Made by a program: the position numbers and the translations under genes | Source of the DNA: Parasitella parasitica NRRL 2501 | Taxonomy: Eukaryota > Fungi > Mucoromycota | Assembly: GCA_025201805.1 (NCBI GenBank) | Contig: MU619271.1 | Coordinates: forward strand, 1 to 64,000 | Length of the DNA stretch: 64,000 nt | Direction: 5' to 3' | The notes under the pieces: model-generated | Database searches by the model: none | What the model was told of the DNA's origin: nothing | The model's input: the letters and a program-made list of their open reading frames with translations, nothing else | Shown here: positions 37,829 through 51,988 of the stretch, in pieces | How positions within the stretch are numbered: position 1 is the stretch's first letter | Layout: every line of letters begins with the position of its first letter

Positions 37829-40573
37829 TTAGAATTCAAGACCAACTTCAGGAACATAACCGGCCTTTTCGTAGTACGCGATAACCTTTTTGGACTTGCT
37901 GACAGTAGCCTCAACAGTGATACCAAACTTATTGTACAAAGCCTTGATGGGAGCGGATGCACCGAACGATCTCATACCAACTTGAGCATGAGAGTAACGT
38001 TCCCAACCAGTGACACCGAGAGCTTCGATAGAAACAATAGGGACACCGAGAGAGAGAACAGACTTTTTGTACTCTTCAGGTTGCTCATCATAGAGCTCGG
38101 AACAAGGCATGGAAACCACACGAGTGGGAATTCCTTCAGCAGCGAGCGCCTTGGCAGCATCAACTGCCAATGAGACTTCAGAGCCAGTGGCGACCAAAAT
38201 GAGCTTGGCACCCTCAGCGTCTTGGAGGACATAAGCACCACGACGAACAGCTTCAATCGAAGAACCTTCAAGTTGAGGCAAGTTTTGACGAGAAAGAGCA
38301 ATGACAGAAGGGCGATGTTGATCCTCAATGGCTACCAAATAGGTGCCAGAGACCTCGTTACCATCAGCAGGACGGAATGTGAGCATGTTGGGAGTGGCAC
38401 GGGTCAAGACCAGTGTCTCGATGGGCTGATGCGTAGGTCCGTCCTCGCCAAGGCCAATGGAATCGTGAGTCATGACATAGATAACACGAAGATGAGATAA
38501 AGCTGAAAGACGAGCAGCGCCCCAACCATATCTGTACAAGTCAAAAATGGCATGGTTAGTTGATAAGCTGATAGGTTCGGGTTACGCTGTGTGAGCTTAC
38601 GTAAGGAAGTTCAAGAAGGTGCCACCAAAGGGGATGTTACCACCAAAGGCAGCTAAACCGTTCATGATGGCAAACATGCCGTGTTCACGAACACCATAAC
38701 GGAAGTAGCGACCGCTGTAGTCACCGAGGTTGGTAGAAGGATGTTGGAAATCAACAGCCTTCTTCCAGCGAGTAAGGTTGGAGCCGGTCAAATCAGCGGA
38801 ACCGCCCAACAATTCGGGGATAACTTCAGAAAGGGCAGTCAAGACACCTTCAGACAACTTGCGAGTGGCAACAGCAGCGTCAGCAGGAGTGAAGCGAGGA
38901 AGAGCCTTCTCCCAACCCTCAGGCAGCTTGCCAGAGAAACGACGCTGGATTTCGGAAGCCTCTTGAGGGAACTCGGCACCGTATTTGGCAAAGAGAGCGT
39001 TCCAAGCTTCTTCGGTCTTGGCACCTTGTTCAGCACGGGCATTGTACAAGTCGTAGACCTATTTCATTGCATGTATTAAATACTTCTCCCCCCAATGACT
39101 GTCCTCGGGAATTTGATATGTCGCACTTACCTCTTGGGGAACAACATACTTTTCCTCGGGGTTGAAGCCAAACTTTGTCTTGACCTGAATGATATCATCA
39201 TCTATTTCACATACTTTGGGTTAGCCATGTATGAAAAATATCCAAATGGCTGAGGGCAATTGACTTACCAGAGAGGGGAGAGCCGTGAACCTTTTCCTCG
39301 CCTTGCATCAAAGAACCATAACCTTTTTTTTTTTTTTTTTTTTTGATTGAATCACAATACAGATTAGTATGCATTTCGAATAAATCTCTGATGATAAACA
39401 TCTATTACCGATGGTAGTCTTGACCTTGATAAGAGTAGGCTTATCGGTGCAAAGCTTGGCTGCCTCAATGGCTTTTTCAATGGAAGCAAAGTCATTATCG
39501 CCGTCAGCGACAACAAGTGTTTGCCAACCATAAGATTCAAAGCGCTTGATGACATCTTCAGTGAATGAAACTTCGGTGGAACCATCAATGGTGATCTTGT
39601 TGTCGTCATAAAGAGCAATCAATTTACCAAGCTTCCAATGACTACACATATAGACATTCTCAGGGGTAAGTCACCAGATCTTCAGGTACCAACTTTAAAA
39701 GAAAAAAATACAATTACCCGGCAAGCGAAATAGCTTCAGCAGAAACGCCTTCTTGGAGACAGCCATCACCGAGAATGACATAAGTGTGGTTGTTGAAGAG
39801 CTCATAGCCGGGACGGTTGAATGTAGCGGCAAAGTGAGCCTCGGCAGCAGCCAAACCAACGGCATTGGAGATACCTGGATCAAATCCCTGTCAGAGTCCT
39901 GATTTCTGATGACCTATTTCAGGTTTGTATCTTACCTTGACCAAGAGGACCAGTGGTGACTTCGATACCGGGAGTATCATTTAACTCGGGATGGCCAGGA
40001 GTCCTATCCAAGTTCAAGTTAATTTTCCGGGATTCAACATGTTTGAAATGCGCAAAATCTTTTTTTTTTTTTTTTTTTTTGGTGCTGAGAAAGAATGACT
40101 CTTATTGTAAACGAACATCTCCGCTATTGGATTGGTCATCAAAACAAGAGCACACGAAATTCAACAGGTATGCCACATCTCGCGATTCTACGCTTTCAGG
40201 TACTTACTTTGAGTCGAGTTGACGGAATGACTTCAAGTCTTCCATGGAAACGTCATAGCCAGCGATATGGAGCATAATGTACTGAAGAGCACAGCCGTGG
40301 CCGTTGGAGAGAACGAAACGATCACGGTTGATAAACTTGGGGTTCTTGGGGTTGTAGGCCATGAACTTGCTGAACAAGACATGAGCCATAGGAGCACAAC
40401 CCATGGGAGCACCTTATAAACCATAAAATCAGTTGTTGTTGTTGTTGGGGGAGGGGGTTTGTCTATAGCGGGCAATATTACTTACCAGGATGACCAGAGT
40501 TGGCACCCTTAACCACATCAGCAGCGAGACAACGGACGGTATCTACAACTCTTTGATCAATATCTTGAACCAT
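37829..40573 (-). CDS. TKL1: transketolase
   Basis: [39 protein letters not shown] motif, [24 protein letters not shown]. Multiple GT-AG introns. Confidence 0.97.
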
Positions 40574-41363
40574 AATGGGTAATTTCTTTTATGTAACGAA
40601 AAAAAAAAAAAAAAAAAAAAGAAGTAAAAGGAGATCAAGATATCTACTTCTCGGGGCGGGCCTTTATATACTTTTTTTTTTTTTTTAACCATACCTGAGC
40701 GACATCTATTACTCAATATCTTGTTCGATTACTGTAACGTCACATTTGGGGTTACGGTATGAAATAAACTTTTTGAAGACAGTATAAATGGGGTGGGACC
40801 CGATTTTTACATCTGGAAACCTTGAAAACCTGAAAAAGTCAAGATGCGAAATGTGGGAGGGTGTTTATGCGACCATAGCATCGATCATTGCCATGCAATT
40901 GAAGAGTATCGTCTTGCTTTATGCCCTTTTCCATCGAGGCATTTCGCAGTGAAAATGACGCCGTCAATTAATTCCAGCAAAAAGTAGATTCTATAAAAAG
41001 TTGGCATCGCATAAAAAGCTCTATAATACACAAAAGCCTTTTGATAGATGCGGTTTTCTATAAAGTTAAAAAGAGAGGGGTAAAAATCAGTGGAAAGACA
41101 GCTGATAACTAGCCTACATATATAATAATATTCTTAGCATATATGCTCATAAGCGTTTCTTCTCAAGTCCACCTGTCTATACTTTTTGTTAGCACAAGCA
41201 AAAGATGGCTCACATGTCTTGAGTATCGACACATATATTGATGCGCTATACCCGTAATATTCCATTACATTTTTTGTTAGTGCCATCACTGATGAAACCC
41301 GTTTCATCCAATATTTTTTTCTGGTATTGTGCAGTTGCTCTCTCCCAAGCAAGAAATACGGTA

Positions 41364-41975
41364 CAATATCTCACCTATATCCCAGCCAAAGCCTGTAACA
41401 TCAACACGGTGGTGGCGTGGTGGTTTTCTATTTCGGCCTCCGCCATTTTTTTTTTTTTTTCCTTTTCGTTAGATGATCAACGGAGGCCGCATTTTGAATC
41501 AATTGACACCTTTTTACAAAAATCTCTAAAAGTTGCTAAAACAATATTCATTTTAAGCATAAATAAATTTGTAGAGCGTTAAATTTTGCATCTAATGGCA
41601 TACATTTCAATTAGTTTTTACCCCAAAAATCTGGAGCAACTTGAGGCTGAAGGAAAATTTGTTTTTCGACCGAAAGTCTTTATTTGGTATAGGCAATACC
41701 TAAAATGGTAATAATGTACTTCAAAGTTCATGTAAAATGGAATGTTTTTGATTAATGTATACCATAGGGAAAAACTTTATTTTTGAGGTCAAACTTGACA
41801 GATTGTGTTTTCTCCCTATTTTGCCCTGTAGACCCTCATGAAAAATCGCCAAAAATCGATGATATTTCTTGACCTAATTTTTTTTGTGGAAATACATCAG
41901 ATAGCAAGAGCGAGTACGGGGAAATTAGATGGTGTGATTTTCAGCGCTCGAATCGGCCAAAAACATGAGATATTG
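41364..41975. mobile_element. possible degenerate MITE / non-autonomous DNA transposon
   Basis: CAATATCTCA (41364-41373) and TGAGATATTG (41966-41975) form an inverted repeat; inner catctaat/attagatg pair; AT-rich non-coding interior. Confidence 0.25.
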
Positions 41976-42268
41976 AGGTATTAAGCACGGTAAATTGGTT
42001 AATATATGACTGATAAGCTGCCGTATACGGTTGTATGGTAATATTTCGTCTGAGGATATCTTCCCACATCTATTTAATACAAGCGTCATCATTTTGTTGA
42101 ATGCCTACATTACACCCAAACCAGCTGGCTTCCGTATACTGAAGTTGGAGAGTGATTACTTGTGAAGAAACGCGAGTGAATGGGTTGGGACATCAGTATA
42201 TATCAAAGATGAATTTATTATTTATGGTACAATCTATTTGAAAGAATATGTATATATGTATAGTATAC

Positions 42269-45200
42269 TTAATAGTATGTGGGGGATGAGGAGGAGAGGG
42301 GATGGCTACTAGTATCATGGTCAGGTTGTTGCTGTTGCTGTTGTCGGCCATGAGAAAGATGAGGTGGCTGCTGGTGTTGCAGTAATGGATCATTAGGACT
42401 AGAAGGGGAAGTGGGATCATGATGGCTGCTTTGATGATGCTGATGTAATAAATACGATTGATTGGGTTGAATATGAGTAATGTGCTGATACGTCAATTCT
42501 TCGGTCGAAGGAGTTGTAGGGGGAATAGGTGCAACAAAGTTTTCATTTTGGCTGGCTGGAGCCACAGGCAACAAGATCAAATTATCAGCATTTGTGGAAT
42601 CCATGGAGGATTCTCTAGTAATGACATCCAATTTAGGCTGATGCTGTGCTTTGTGGATGCGATTCTTCACGGCTGTCATCATTTTTTTGCCGAAACTGTT
42701 GGGCATCTTCTTATCGGAGCTGGTGGAGGGCCCACCATCACAGTGGCGAAGGCGGAATCCATTGAGCGGCATCCAATGTTTGCTAGATAAACTGGCTACT
42801 GATAGTCTCGATTGCCTTTTGTCAGACACATTGGGTTGAGAAAGATGACTGGTACCTGTATTGGTACGATATACCGATTTTCGGTATTCATCAAACACGT
42901 GTGCATCGTCCGAGGAATAGGCAAAGCCCATGAATGATGCTCTTTTGCCAGTCTTCATGTACATGATTTCACTCTTGTTGGACCCATTGGTGGAGGTTCG
43001 GTGCAAGGCAAATCGACTACGCTTCTTCTGCTTCTTTAAGGTGTGCTCGTCATGCAGTGGCTGTTGATGATGCTGATGATGCTGTTGCTCAGTTTCTGAC
43101 CGAGTCCGAATCAGATTAATAGGGAGCTCTTCCTCCTCTTCATCGCGGTACCCTTCCTTTTGCTTCCCATTGCGCAGGAAATGGAGGGCAGACGATCCCA
43201 CTTTTGACGGCTTACAAAAGACAATTTCGCGGATAATGTCATTGTCAAAGGGATAGTAAGCCTGCAGATAATATTTGGCAGTGAATCTTGGTAAAAGACA
43301 AACGACAAATGTTAAAACCAAACAGAGCCAAAAAGTGCCTTCTCCAAACAAAATCGCTTCACCAAAGAATGTGAATGTCATGATATTAGAGTAGATTCCC
43401 GTCCAAAGGAAAAACGTGGCGCTGGAAATGAAGATGCACAAGAACATGATCCATGTCCAACTGAAAATAGTGAATCCAACCAGAATATTGGCCACCACAA
43501 CAGCGATACCAGCAATAAAGGTGCCCAGCTCCACGACGCCTTCCAAATCGTAGCCATTTCTGCTAATCTTGGGCCCAATAAATACCAGGTACGGCAGTCC
43601 AAAGCATACAGCCGACTGATAAATAGCGTCCACAACCGTTAAAAAGAACCGCGAGGTGGTGAATTTATCGTTCCTAATGCCCATTAGGTACAGCTGAGGG
43701 AATTGGAAAGAGTATTCCGCTTTGAGATCTTGATCAAAGACACCTATACGTGGCTGTTTAGTTTGTGCGTAAGAAAACTGCTTGTATGTTTATGTTACCA
43801 GCAAAGATACAAGGCAGAGAAGTAAACACCAGATTATACAAGGTGATGTAAGAGTAATCAAACATCAGAGTGCCAGTGAAACTACACATCAGTTGAAACC
43901 AAAAGAGAACCAAGGTCCACATGATGTTTTTATAGAAAAAAGTCAAGATCATCTCTGAGGTGCGTAGATACGACCATCTACCGTGCACCAGCAGCAGTTT
44001 ACTCAAATAGCTAAACTGGGCAATGGCATAGTCCGAGGCCATTACAGCCTGTCTGCCTTCTTCGCCAGAGATGCCTACGCCGACATTTGCCTCTTGGATC
44101 ATGGACACATCGTTGGCACCATCACCAATAGCCAGTGTCATGACCTTGAGCCCCTTTTTAACAAGGTTGACTACCTTGGCCTTTTGCATTGGACTCACCC
44201 GGCAACAAATTACAGCCCGGCATTGGGTGCCCAGTTCTAACAATTCCTGCTTACATTGAGCTTCCAGTGCATATTTGAGTGATTCGCCGTCAATAACAAG
44301 AGCGCATTTCTGCGTCTTTGATTTTTCTTCTACTTGCTCAATTGACCTTCTTAGCTGCTCCATGGTCTCTTCTTCATTGTGAGCATTGACGCTGATCAGC
44401 AGCATGTCTTTTGTCAGTAAATTGCATGCAAATCCAATATTGATGGCTGTCTCTACTTTGTCGCCGGTCAGAACCCAAATCTTGATGCCAGCTTCAGCTA
44501 GTACTGCAATAGTATCAGGCACGCCTTCTTGCAGCTTGTCTTCGATGGCTGTTCCTCCGATGAGGGTCAGGGAGTTTTCGATTTCTTCACAGACGGTTTC
44601 AATCTGTTCTTCACGGTTGCTGATGCTGTTGGATGCTATTTTATAGCGAGCTGCCCATGCTTGGTATTCGTCCTCATCAATAAATCGACTGGCAATACAA
44701 AGCGTACGAAGGCCTAGATAAAACAGTTTTGGTATTTGCTGCAATACAAGAAATACAGCATATGATAGATAACGTACCTTCGTTGGCAAATGTGCTTAGA
44801 TGTTGCAAAGTTTCCTCTCTCACTTTCAGCTGATCTTGACTTGCTTCATCGTCAACCTTGTTTTCCAAACCAGTTGTAAGTCTCTCATATATGACAGAAT
44901 CAGCGCCTTTACACAGCAATACAATCTTGCCGTCCTGTGGAGACCTCATAATGACACTCATGCGTTTTCTTGTTGAATTGAACTCCAATACATGCAGTAA
45001 ATGCATGCTACGCTGCTCGCCCATAATATCCACAATCACATTGTCTTGGTCTCTAGCTACAAAGGTGAAGCCCATGTCTCTAGCCGTTGCTACAAGTGCA
45101 GCCTCATCTGGGGACTGTGCCTTGTAGTCGATGATGTTGGGAAGATCTTGGTTGGGCACTTCGGGTATAACGGTATGACATAAAGCCAAAGCGGAAAAGA

Positions 45201-47618
45201 AATGAACTATGCTCTGTGAATGATCATCTTGAGCATTGATATCGTCAAACAACTGAGGGTCTACAAAGGTGGATTTGGGGTTCATGTATTTGTGATTGAA
45301 CAGACTGCTCTGCTTTTGCAGCATTTCGGCACGGGCTTTGTCCAGGTCGATTTGTTGCAAAATTTTGGCAGAGTCCACAGCTGCATCGTCGTCTTTCAAT
45401 CGAGCACCTGCTGCCGCTTCTGTGTCTCCCAAACCGTAGCACACACCGTTGATTGTGCATCGCCTGAATTCCATGATATTCTGTGTTAATGTGCCCGTTT
45501 TATCGGAAAAGATGTATTCGATTTGTCCGAGATCGTCAGAGATGTTCCATGTCTTGGGCGTGCATGGCTGATCCAGTCTTTTATTGTACATGTCAATATC
45601 AGTGTGAATGAAATAGGCCTACAGCAAAGTGTGGGTCAGTCAATGTCTGGTAGTTTTTGCGTGTACACATACTGCTGCCGTTTTGACAATCTGGACGGAT
45701 ATATAGAGTGAGATGGGTATGATATTTTGATAGATAACCAAGGACGTCCTGCAACACGAAAATGAGTATTTGTCTACCATCAACCAAAAAATGCACGCTT
45801 TACCAGAACATCAGAAAACCTGCCATGGTGCCACTTTCTGCATCCTGGCTTTCAAAATAAGTCGCTGATGTATCGTTGTTATACACGATGCTTGCCGCAA
45901 TGGAACAAATCAGGCATAAAACTAGCAGTAATACAAAATTCGTAATAACCTGGATCAAAAATATGTGAGTCAAACTTAGAAAGGCCAACAGTAGCCGGTA
46001 TACTTGCATATGGATTGGTGGCCTTTTCCATTTTACTGCGTTTGCTTGGTGTCTTGCCTGAATTAAGCATAATCTTTGTTTCATTACCAGTAAATAACAC
46101 TAAGCCAATGACCCAGCCTGTGTTTCTGAGTACACAGCCACGCAAGAGCATAGAACTACCAGTGATCGCCTCAGTTTTTTCGTGGGATACTTGCTCTTCG
46201 TCGGTGCCATCGCTGCTGATTGTATGGAAATCATCAATGTCTTCATCATCCGTGTCGTCGCTGCTGATTGTATAGAGATCATCATCAATATTACCATGGC
46301 GCCCAGACTCGCTGATAGGTTCGAGATCTACAGCAGTTGCCTCGGAAGCTTCGCTGGCCAGGGCAAAGCCTTCATCGCCATCAGCATTGGCACTTTTCAT
46401 CCGTCTCCTAGTCGTTTCGGTTCGCATAAGGTCATTGCTCTTGACTTTCCATTTGAGCACGCCATTGTAAGAGTAAAGATTAGCATGCGGGGGCTCACTC
46501 TCGATGTAAAATTTACTGCGTTCGCACTCTTCAGGTGTGCTGATTTCGTTGGTGGCTTGCAATGAGCGCTTGATCTTGAGGTTTGTCTCGCCATCCAAAT
46601 TTTGCGTCTCTACGTAGCAAAGCCCATCAGGCTCTGAGCTGGAAAGCACAACGATATCCGCAGGAATAGCATCGTCATTTCGAAGTACTACAAAGTCGCC
46701 TACTTTGACATCCTCCCACAAAGTTTTGCGCCACCGCTTGTCCAGAGGCTTGCGAGCTGAAGATACTGACCTTATCGGCTTCTGTTCAGAATCTGATCCG
46801 GATGTCAACAACCTATTTGATCTAAGGACAGAGTGTGGCACTTGTCCAGGTCGGTACGGCACACGGCTTTTTCTTTTGGATGTCAACATCTTTGTGAATG
46901 AAGCGGTCGATCGGAACGTCTTTTTGAATGTCGATGCAACGGAGGGTGATGTTGGAGGATGAGAATGAGGATCTGATGTGTTGTCGTCATGGTAACTGGC
47001 TACGCTGTAGCTTGTATTGACACGGCCAAGTGCACCATGTCTTGCCGTTAGTTCAAACTGCTGATTCTCCTTTGGAGTGCGAAAGATGAGAAAGTTTAGG
47101 GAATTCAGCCATCGTTTCCAACGAGGCACTTGATGAGCAGCAATATTGATGTTTTTCCATGCTGACAGGGTATATGTGATGGCTTTATTGACACCCTGAT
47201 CTGTTTTGTGTCGTCTGTTGTCCTCCACTGCGTCTTTGGCGCCCGTTAAAACCAAAATTGCAGCCAGTGGTAAAACCACAAGCACTGGTGAGGCTGAAGT
47301 GCTAAATAAAGGAAACATCTGAAGGATCACCAGGAACAAAAAGTATAGGTTAGCTATACCTCTGAACTGTTCAAACAGGTTCTTTGGCAAAAACGTAAAC
47401 CAAGTGTATTTTGCTGTTCTTATTTTATTCGAAATGTATGTCTTTGTAGGCTGACCGTAATCGTCTAATTCTTCGCTAGGAATATCCATATTTACATAAA
47501 TGGTGCGTCTTTCGGTTGACGCAACAGGGAACGCACTCTTTTGCTGCTTTTTCCGCTCTCGATCCGCCAAGAACCGATTCTTTTTTCTTTGTATGAATCT
47601 TTGAGAGAAATTCGACAT
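42269..47618 (-). CDS. P4-type ATPase phospholipid flippase (Dnf1/Dnf2-like)
   Basis: NKIRTAKYT..FLPKNLFEQF, NLDGETNLK, FSDKTGTLT, QSPDEAALV, CKGADSVI, LTGDKVETA, GDGAND, FFYKN. Confidence 0.95.
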
Positions 47619-48834
47619 TTGATGTAAGGTATTGAAAGAGAGAGAAAGAAGCTCGTTTTGTTATTTTTGATGCTAATTGTATATAAATTGGCCTTGTGTT
47701 TCGTATCATCATATTTATATTGCGGATATTGTAAAGTAGGCGAAATTGCAAAAATGTGGAGATGATTCGGTGACCTGAGGAGTCAAATTTTATGACGATA
47801 AAAAGGGGATATTCTATTCGGGTAACTCTCAACATCTAAAAATGGGCTTTCGTCTTATGGTCTATTTATTCTTTTGGGCTGCACATTTTCCTGCCTTCTC
47901 GTATTCTTCTTCCATGTATAGAATGCCTATTGTATTTAATCCGGCCACTATCTACAAAGTCATTCATGACCATTCTATTTTAGCTTCGGAAGCACATCCA
48001 ATATCGGGGTTAGCTAGTGTTCAACAGATATAAATTGCTTTGGCTGTTTTAGACAAGAAATTTCTATGTTCCACGTGTTTGTAAATTTTGTTCAAACGCC
48101 AAGGATGTACCGTAAAATGTAAAATTTGCTCGGATGCTTGATTCTCCCGCTTATCCGTCTAGCAATGGTTCTATATCCCGTATAACCTTGTGAGAAAGAT
48201 GATAAGCACAGCAAATATTTCATTTCATGGATTTTAAAAAAAAGGAATACGAGGTATTAGCACCCAAGATAAGCTTTCTCAACAAGAAATGCTGCGCCAA
48301 TCAAGATTACATTTTCAAATGCTTATATCCTGCTTCCATTGATACCAGCAAATGGTATCGTTACCACAGCAGAACATGTATAGTCTAAAAATAGTGTGGC
48401 TGGAAATGTTTGTATGTACATTCTATTCATGCAATATGAATAAAAAGACGAGTACAAAACGTAAACAAAGAGGATAAACCAAGGATTTGCGTTGAAGCGC
48501 CGCACTGCTTCAGGTTAAGATTATACATCAAACGCCAGAGCAGCCTAATAACCGTTATGGTATTACTTGCGATCTGGTAGCCTCATCCAGAAACTTGAGA
48601 CCATAGGAGCTAAGAAAAAAATTATGGTTTGTCTAGCCATACATATCTTTTACCATTTCGTCTCCAAATGCCCATTCATTAGGATGGAAAAAATTACTTG
48701 ATCAACTAAAATAGGCAATTGTGTGATTCAAAGATGATGGTGGGTGGACGATTTAGAAAATTCAAATGAGCTAGACCAACAAAGCAACATTTGAATAATG
48801 CAGCAAAACTTTGTACAGCATATTTAAATGTATG

Positions 48835-48842
48835 ATTTTTCT

Positions 48843-48877
<35 letters not shown>

Positions 48878-50746
48878 TTTTTTTTTTTTTTTTTTTTTTT
48901 TGATTTTGAGGGACACAACGAATAGGCGGATTATCTATTTTATGATAATGTGTTTGTAGAGAGCAGTTTTATCAGTGTTACAAACTGTCCTGGACAAAAA
49001 GTGCTCCATTGAGGCGGGGAAGGGCAGTGCCGGATTTTGGTTAGGGTGAGGCCAACACAGATTCCCCATTCGCCAGACGGTGATAGATATAACAGCGATG
49101 TATTTCGAGCGATCTTTAATAAAACAAGGAAGCTGTGTATAAACGCACGGTGCCATAAATAATTTCTGAAGTCAAAGGATAGTTGGAGTAGTATTGAGAG
49201 AGAACGGATAGCCATAGCTGCATTTAACCGGACAGTCAACGAGAAAACGCCTCAGTGTATGTCCTTGATACTGCCTGAAATCCAAGGCCGCATACCATGA
49301 TGTCTGTTTCTATCCTGAGCAGCACCAGCACCCCTTCAGTTCTAAAGCATTCTCAGCTGCTGCAGCGCCAATCCCATTAGTAGGAAGCCTAGCTTCACCT
49401 TAGGCCGCAACAGCGTCCTCAACACCACCAGTTCCTGTTGTAAATTTGTAACATAGAGTCAATCCTGAGTAGCAATATGCGGAGAGCAGCTTATGGAGTC
49501 TTGGATTTCAATAATCGATTCTGTTTGCGTTCCAAATGCTTGGTGCTCATCCTGCACCAATTTACATGTTTCACACCAAACTTTTGGACAGTCTTTCGAG
49601 TTGCCTATTTGATGCTTTCCCATTGATCCTGCGGGGTCATAGTAACGTTCATTGTATCCATTGCTGCGTTGATAATCTCTTCCAATTGTTTTCGAAACGT
49701 TGGGTTGCCCTTCCAGAGTCCCTCGCCTAATTTGGATTTGCCAATGTTGAAATTGACTTCAAGGATGGCATGGTCCGACCAAGAGGGAAGGATATGTCCC
49801 ATGTTCGCATCGCTAAGCAAATGCTGTAGTGTATATCCAGCATATATGAAATCGATAGTTGATAAAGGCATGTGGATAAGTTGGCACCGATTACATGTCA
49901 TTAAGGATCAAGCAGTTGTGGAAGTGCTGATCTAAATAACCCAACCAATGCAACAATGTCTTCACAATTCTAGAGGCCTTGGTTGTGGGGTAACTTGGCA
50001 GATGTCGTATCATTGGACTTGATACCTTTGCTGTTGTTTCTGCTGTTGCTGATGTTGCCCTTTGGGTTGTTGCTTACCAGCACCAGAGTCCTTCTAGTGT
50101 TTCTGGGTGCTCGATAGACTTGGGGAATTGCTGGATGATTGCATAGCCGGAGCCAGCCATGGACTGTTCATAATTAAGACCGATGACCAGAATGTTGTCG
50201 AAAACACCAATGGCATTGGATAGTTCTTGTAACAGTTGTGATTGAGGGAGGGAGGGGACATCCGTGAGAGCGATTTGGATTAATTTACCTTCTCCATCGA
50301 CAGCTTTGCAAGCGAAAAGTTGAATATTGGAGGTCTTGGATTCATACATTACACCTTCGATGAGGATGCGGCTGACAATATCTTTGGTGATGCATCATTG
50401 AGTGCTCTTGCCCAAAAACTTGATATTAAGGAAGCTGAATACCTTGTATTATTGATCAAGGATTTGCAAATGTTGTTGTCCAGTTGCGTTAGCGGTCTTG
50501 GAAGTGTTAAGAAAGTATCCATCGTTGATACGAGCATTTCGTCAAATGCGAGTCTTAATTTAACGGCTGGTTGAAGCGGTTGCAGTTTCGGTAGGCGTAC
50601 CAGTGCCTTCGGTGGCAATCTCTCCATGCATTAGAGAGTGTGATGTTGTGGTAATACGAAATCTAACTGCGGCAGCATAACTCATTTGACCAGGTACTGG
50701 TGTATTAATTGGTTTCTGTTTTTTTTTTTTGCTAGGAAGAACCATG
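48835..50746 (-). mobile_element. internally deleted L1-like non-LTR retrotransposon with poly(A) tail and target-site duplication
   Basis: Minus-strand order: ORF1-like start MVLPS...SYAAAV, gag-like fragment, APE endonuclease end (STIDFIY...WSDHAIL...GLWK), ORF2-end-like EHFL, then poly(A) (plus-strand T run ~48846-48901). Flanked by TTAAATGTATG at 48824 and 50747. Confidence 0.85.
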
Positions 50747-51250
50747 TTAAATGTATGGTTAAAATATTGCCAAGCACTGGCCATTTGCAGATGCGATGAA
50801 ATGGTTGCATTTTTTCAGGGGTAACGCCATTCTCGGACATCAGTATTTACCCGGGTTTCGCCAAAAATTAATCGCATTGTGCTGTTCTCTCACAATACAA
50901 AAGCAATGAGCTTTTAACATGCATTATTAATTGCCAACTGTATTTGCCTCCTGCAATCTATTTGCTCCTCTCTATCTTGCGCAGCGATAAAGATGCCAGT
51001 CGGTGAGATATGAATAGAAATGAACGAATATTTATTAATGTTACAGATGCGTGATATTACAGGATTGTGATGGAGTATATGTAATGAGATATATATATGC
51101 ATGTGTATATTTATATGTTTGTGGATAGTATAGGGAGTAGCAAAATGTAATCAATCAGAGCAAGAAAAAGGGACTTGTGCCACCAAAAAAAAAAAAAGTG
51201 AATACAAGATGGGTAAATAACGGTAAAGGAAGAATATACTGTCGATCAAG

Positions 51251-51988
51251 TTAGTAAATGCATTCACACGTCTCTGGTAAAACCAGCAATTGGCGCAACT
51301 GGTTGCGACTATATTCCCAACTTTGCTCGATCTCCTCGTCTACTTCCTCCAACGTAGAGCCTAGAATTTGATAAACCTGAAAAGCTAATGAAGACTGATT
51401 CAGCTGCTTATGGGGTGGAGGTGTAGGTGGTGCTGGTGCATGATAAGGAAGTGACATCATATTACTTTTGATTGAAGTAGGTTGCCAAAAGGACGGATCT
51501 ATGATGCTTTTGCTGTTAGGATGGCAAAATGTATTTGCAGTTCCCTCTGCGGGAGACGCGGGCATGTGATCCGAAGCCTCTGAAGATGAGCTAAGCGTAA
51601 CACTGGAGTTATTATTGCCGAGAGATTGCAGCAATGTAGGTGTGCCGTCGTCCGACTGCTCAGCAATTGAGGCAAATGACACGGTAGAAAACCTCTTGCT
51701 TTGGTGCAAACTAGTATGACTGAGGTTGCTATTTCCACTAAAGGTTTCTTTTAATGTCGTTACAACGGGTGATGGTGAGCGGAAAAACAAGGATAACTTT
51801 TGACGTATGCGAGACGGTGAAGCGATAGATGAGGTCGATTGCTGTGTGTCTACACCAGTAATGATTTTCAATGATTGCCTCTTCTTTTTGGTAGTAGTGT
51901 TATCATTAACCATGACTCGATCTCTATCCAAATTGAAGCTTTTTCGAAATGGACTCATGCTGCTTTTACTTGAAAAGGCGCTAATCAT
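51251..51988 (-). CDS. hypothetical Ser-rich protein (245 aa, intronless)
   Basis: Long clean ORF in AT-rich context; disordered N-terminal part and amphipathic acidic C-terminal helix (LAFQVYQILGSTLEEVDEEIEQSWEYSR). Confidence 0.75.
   Translation of the reverse strand: MISAFSSKSSMSPFRKSFNLDRDRVMVNDNTTTKKKRQSLKIITGVDTQQSTSSIASPSRIRQKLSLFFRSPSPVVTTLKETFSGNSNLSHTSLHQSKRFSTVSFASIAEQSDDGTPTLLQSLGNNNSSVTLSSSSEASDHMPASPAEGTANTFCHPNSKSIIDPSFWQPTSIKSNMMSLPYHAPAPPTPPPHKQLNQSSLAFQVYQILGSTLEEVDEEIEQSWEYSRNQLRQLLVLPETCECIY

Noticed and set aside
37787-39079. Long antisense ORFs over transketolase and other genes
   Set aside because: Shadow frames caused by codon bias in highly expressed genes.
40004-40207. 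TPP riboswitch or C/D snoRNA in the long transketolase intron
   Set aside because: Attractive because the enzyme uses TPP and there is a gagat...atacc...tgaa fragment. However, the sense strand lacks the CUGAGA and UGAUC..UAAU..GCG core (GGTGCTGAGA is antisense), and TTGATGA has no downstream D box. An Rfam RF00059 scan would settle it.
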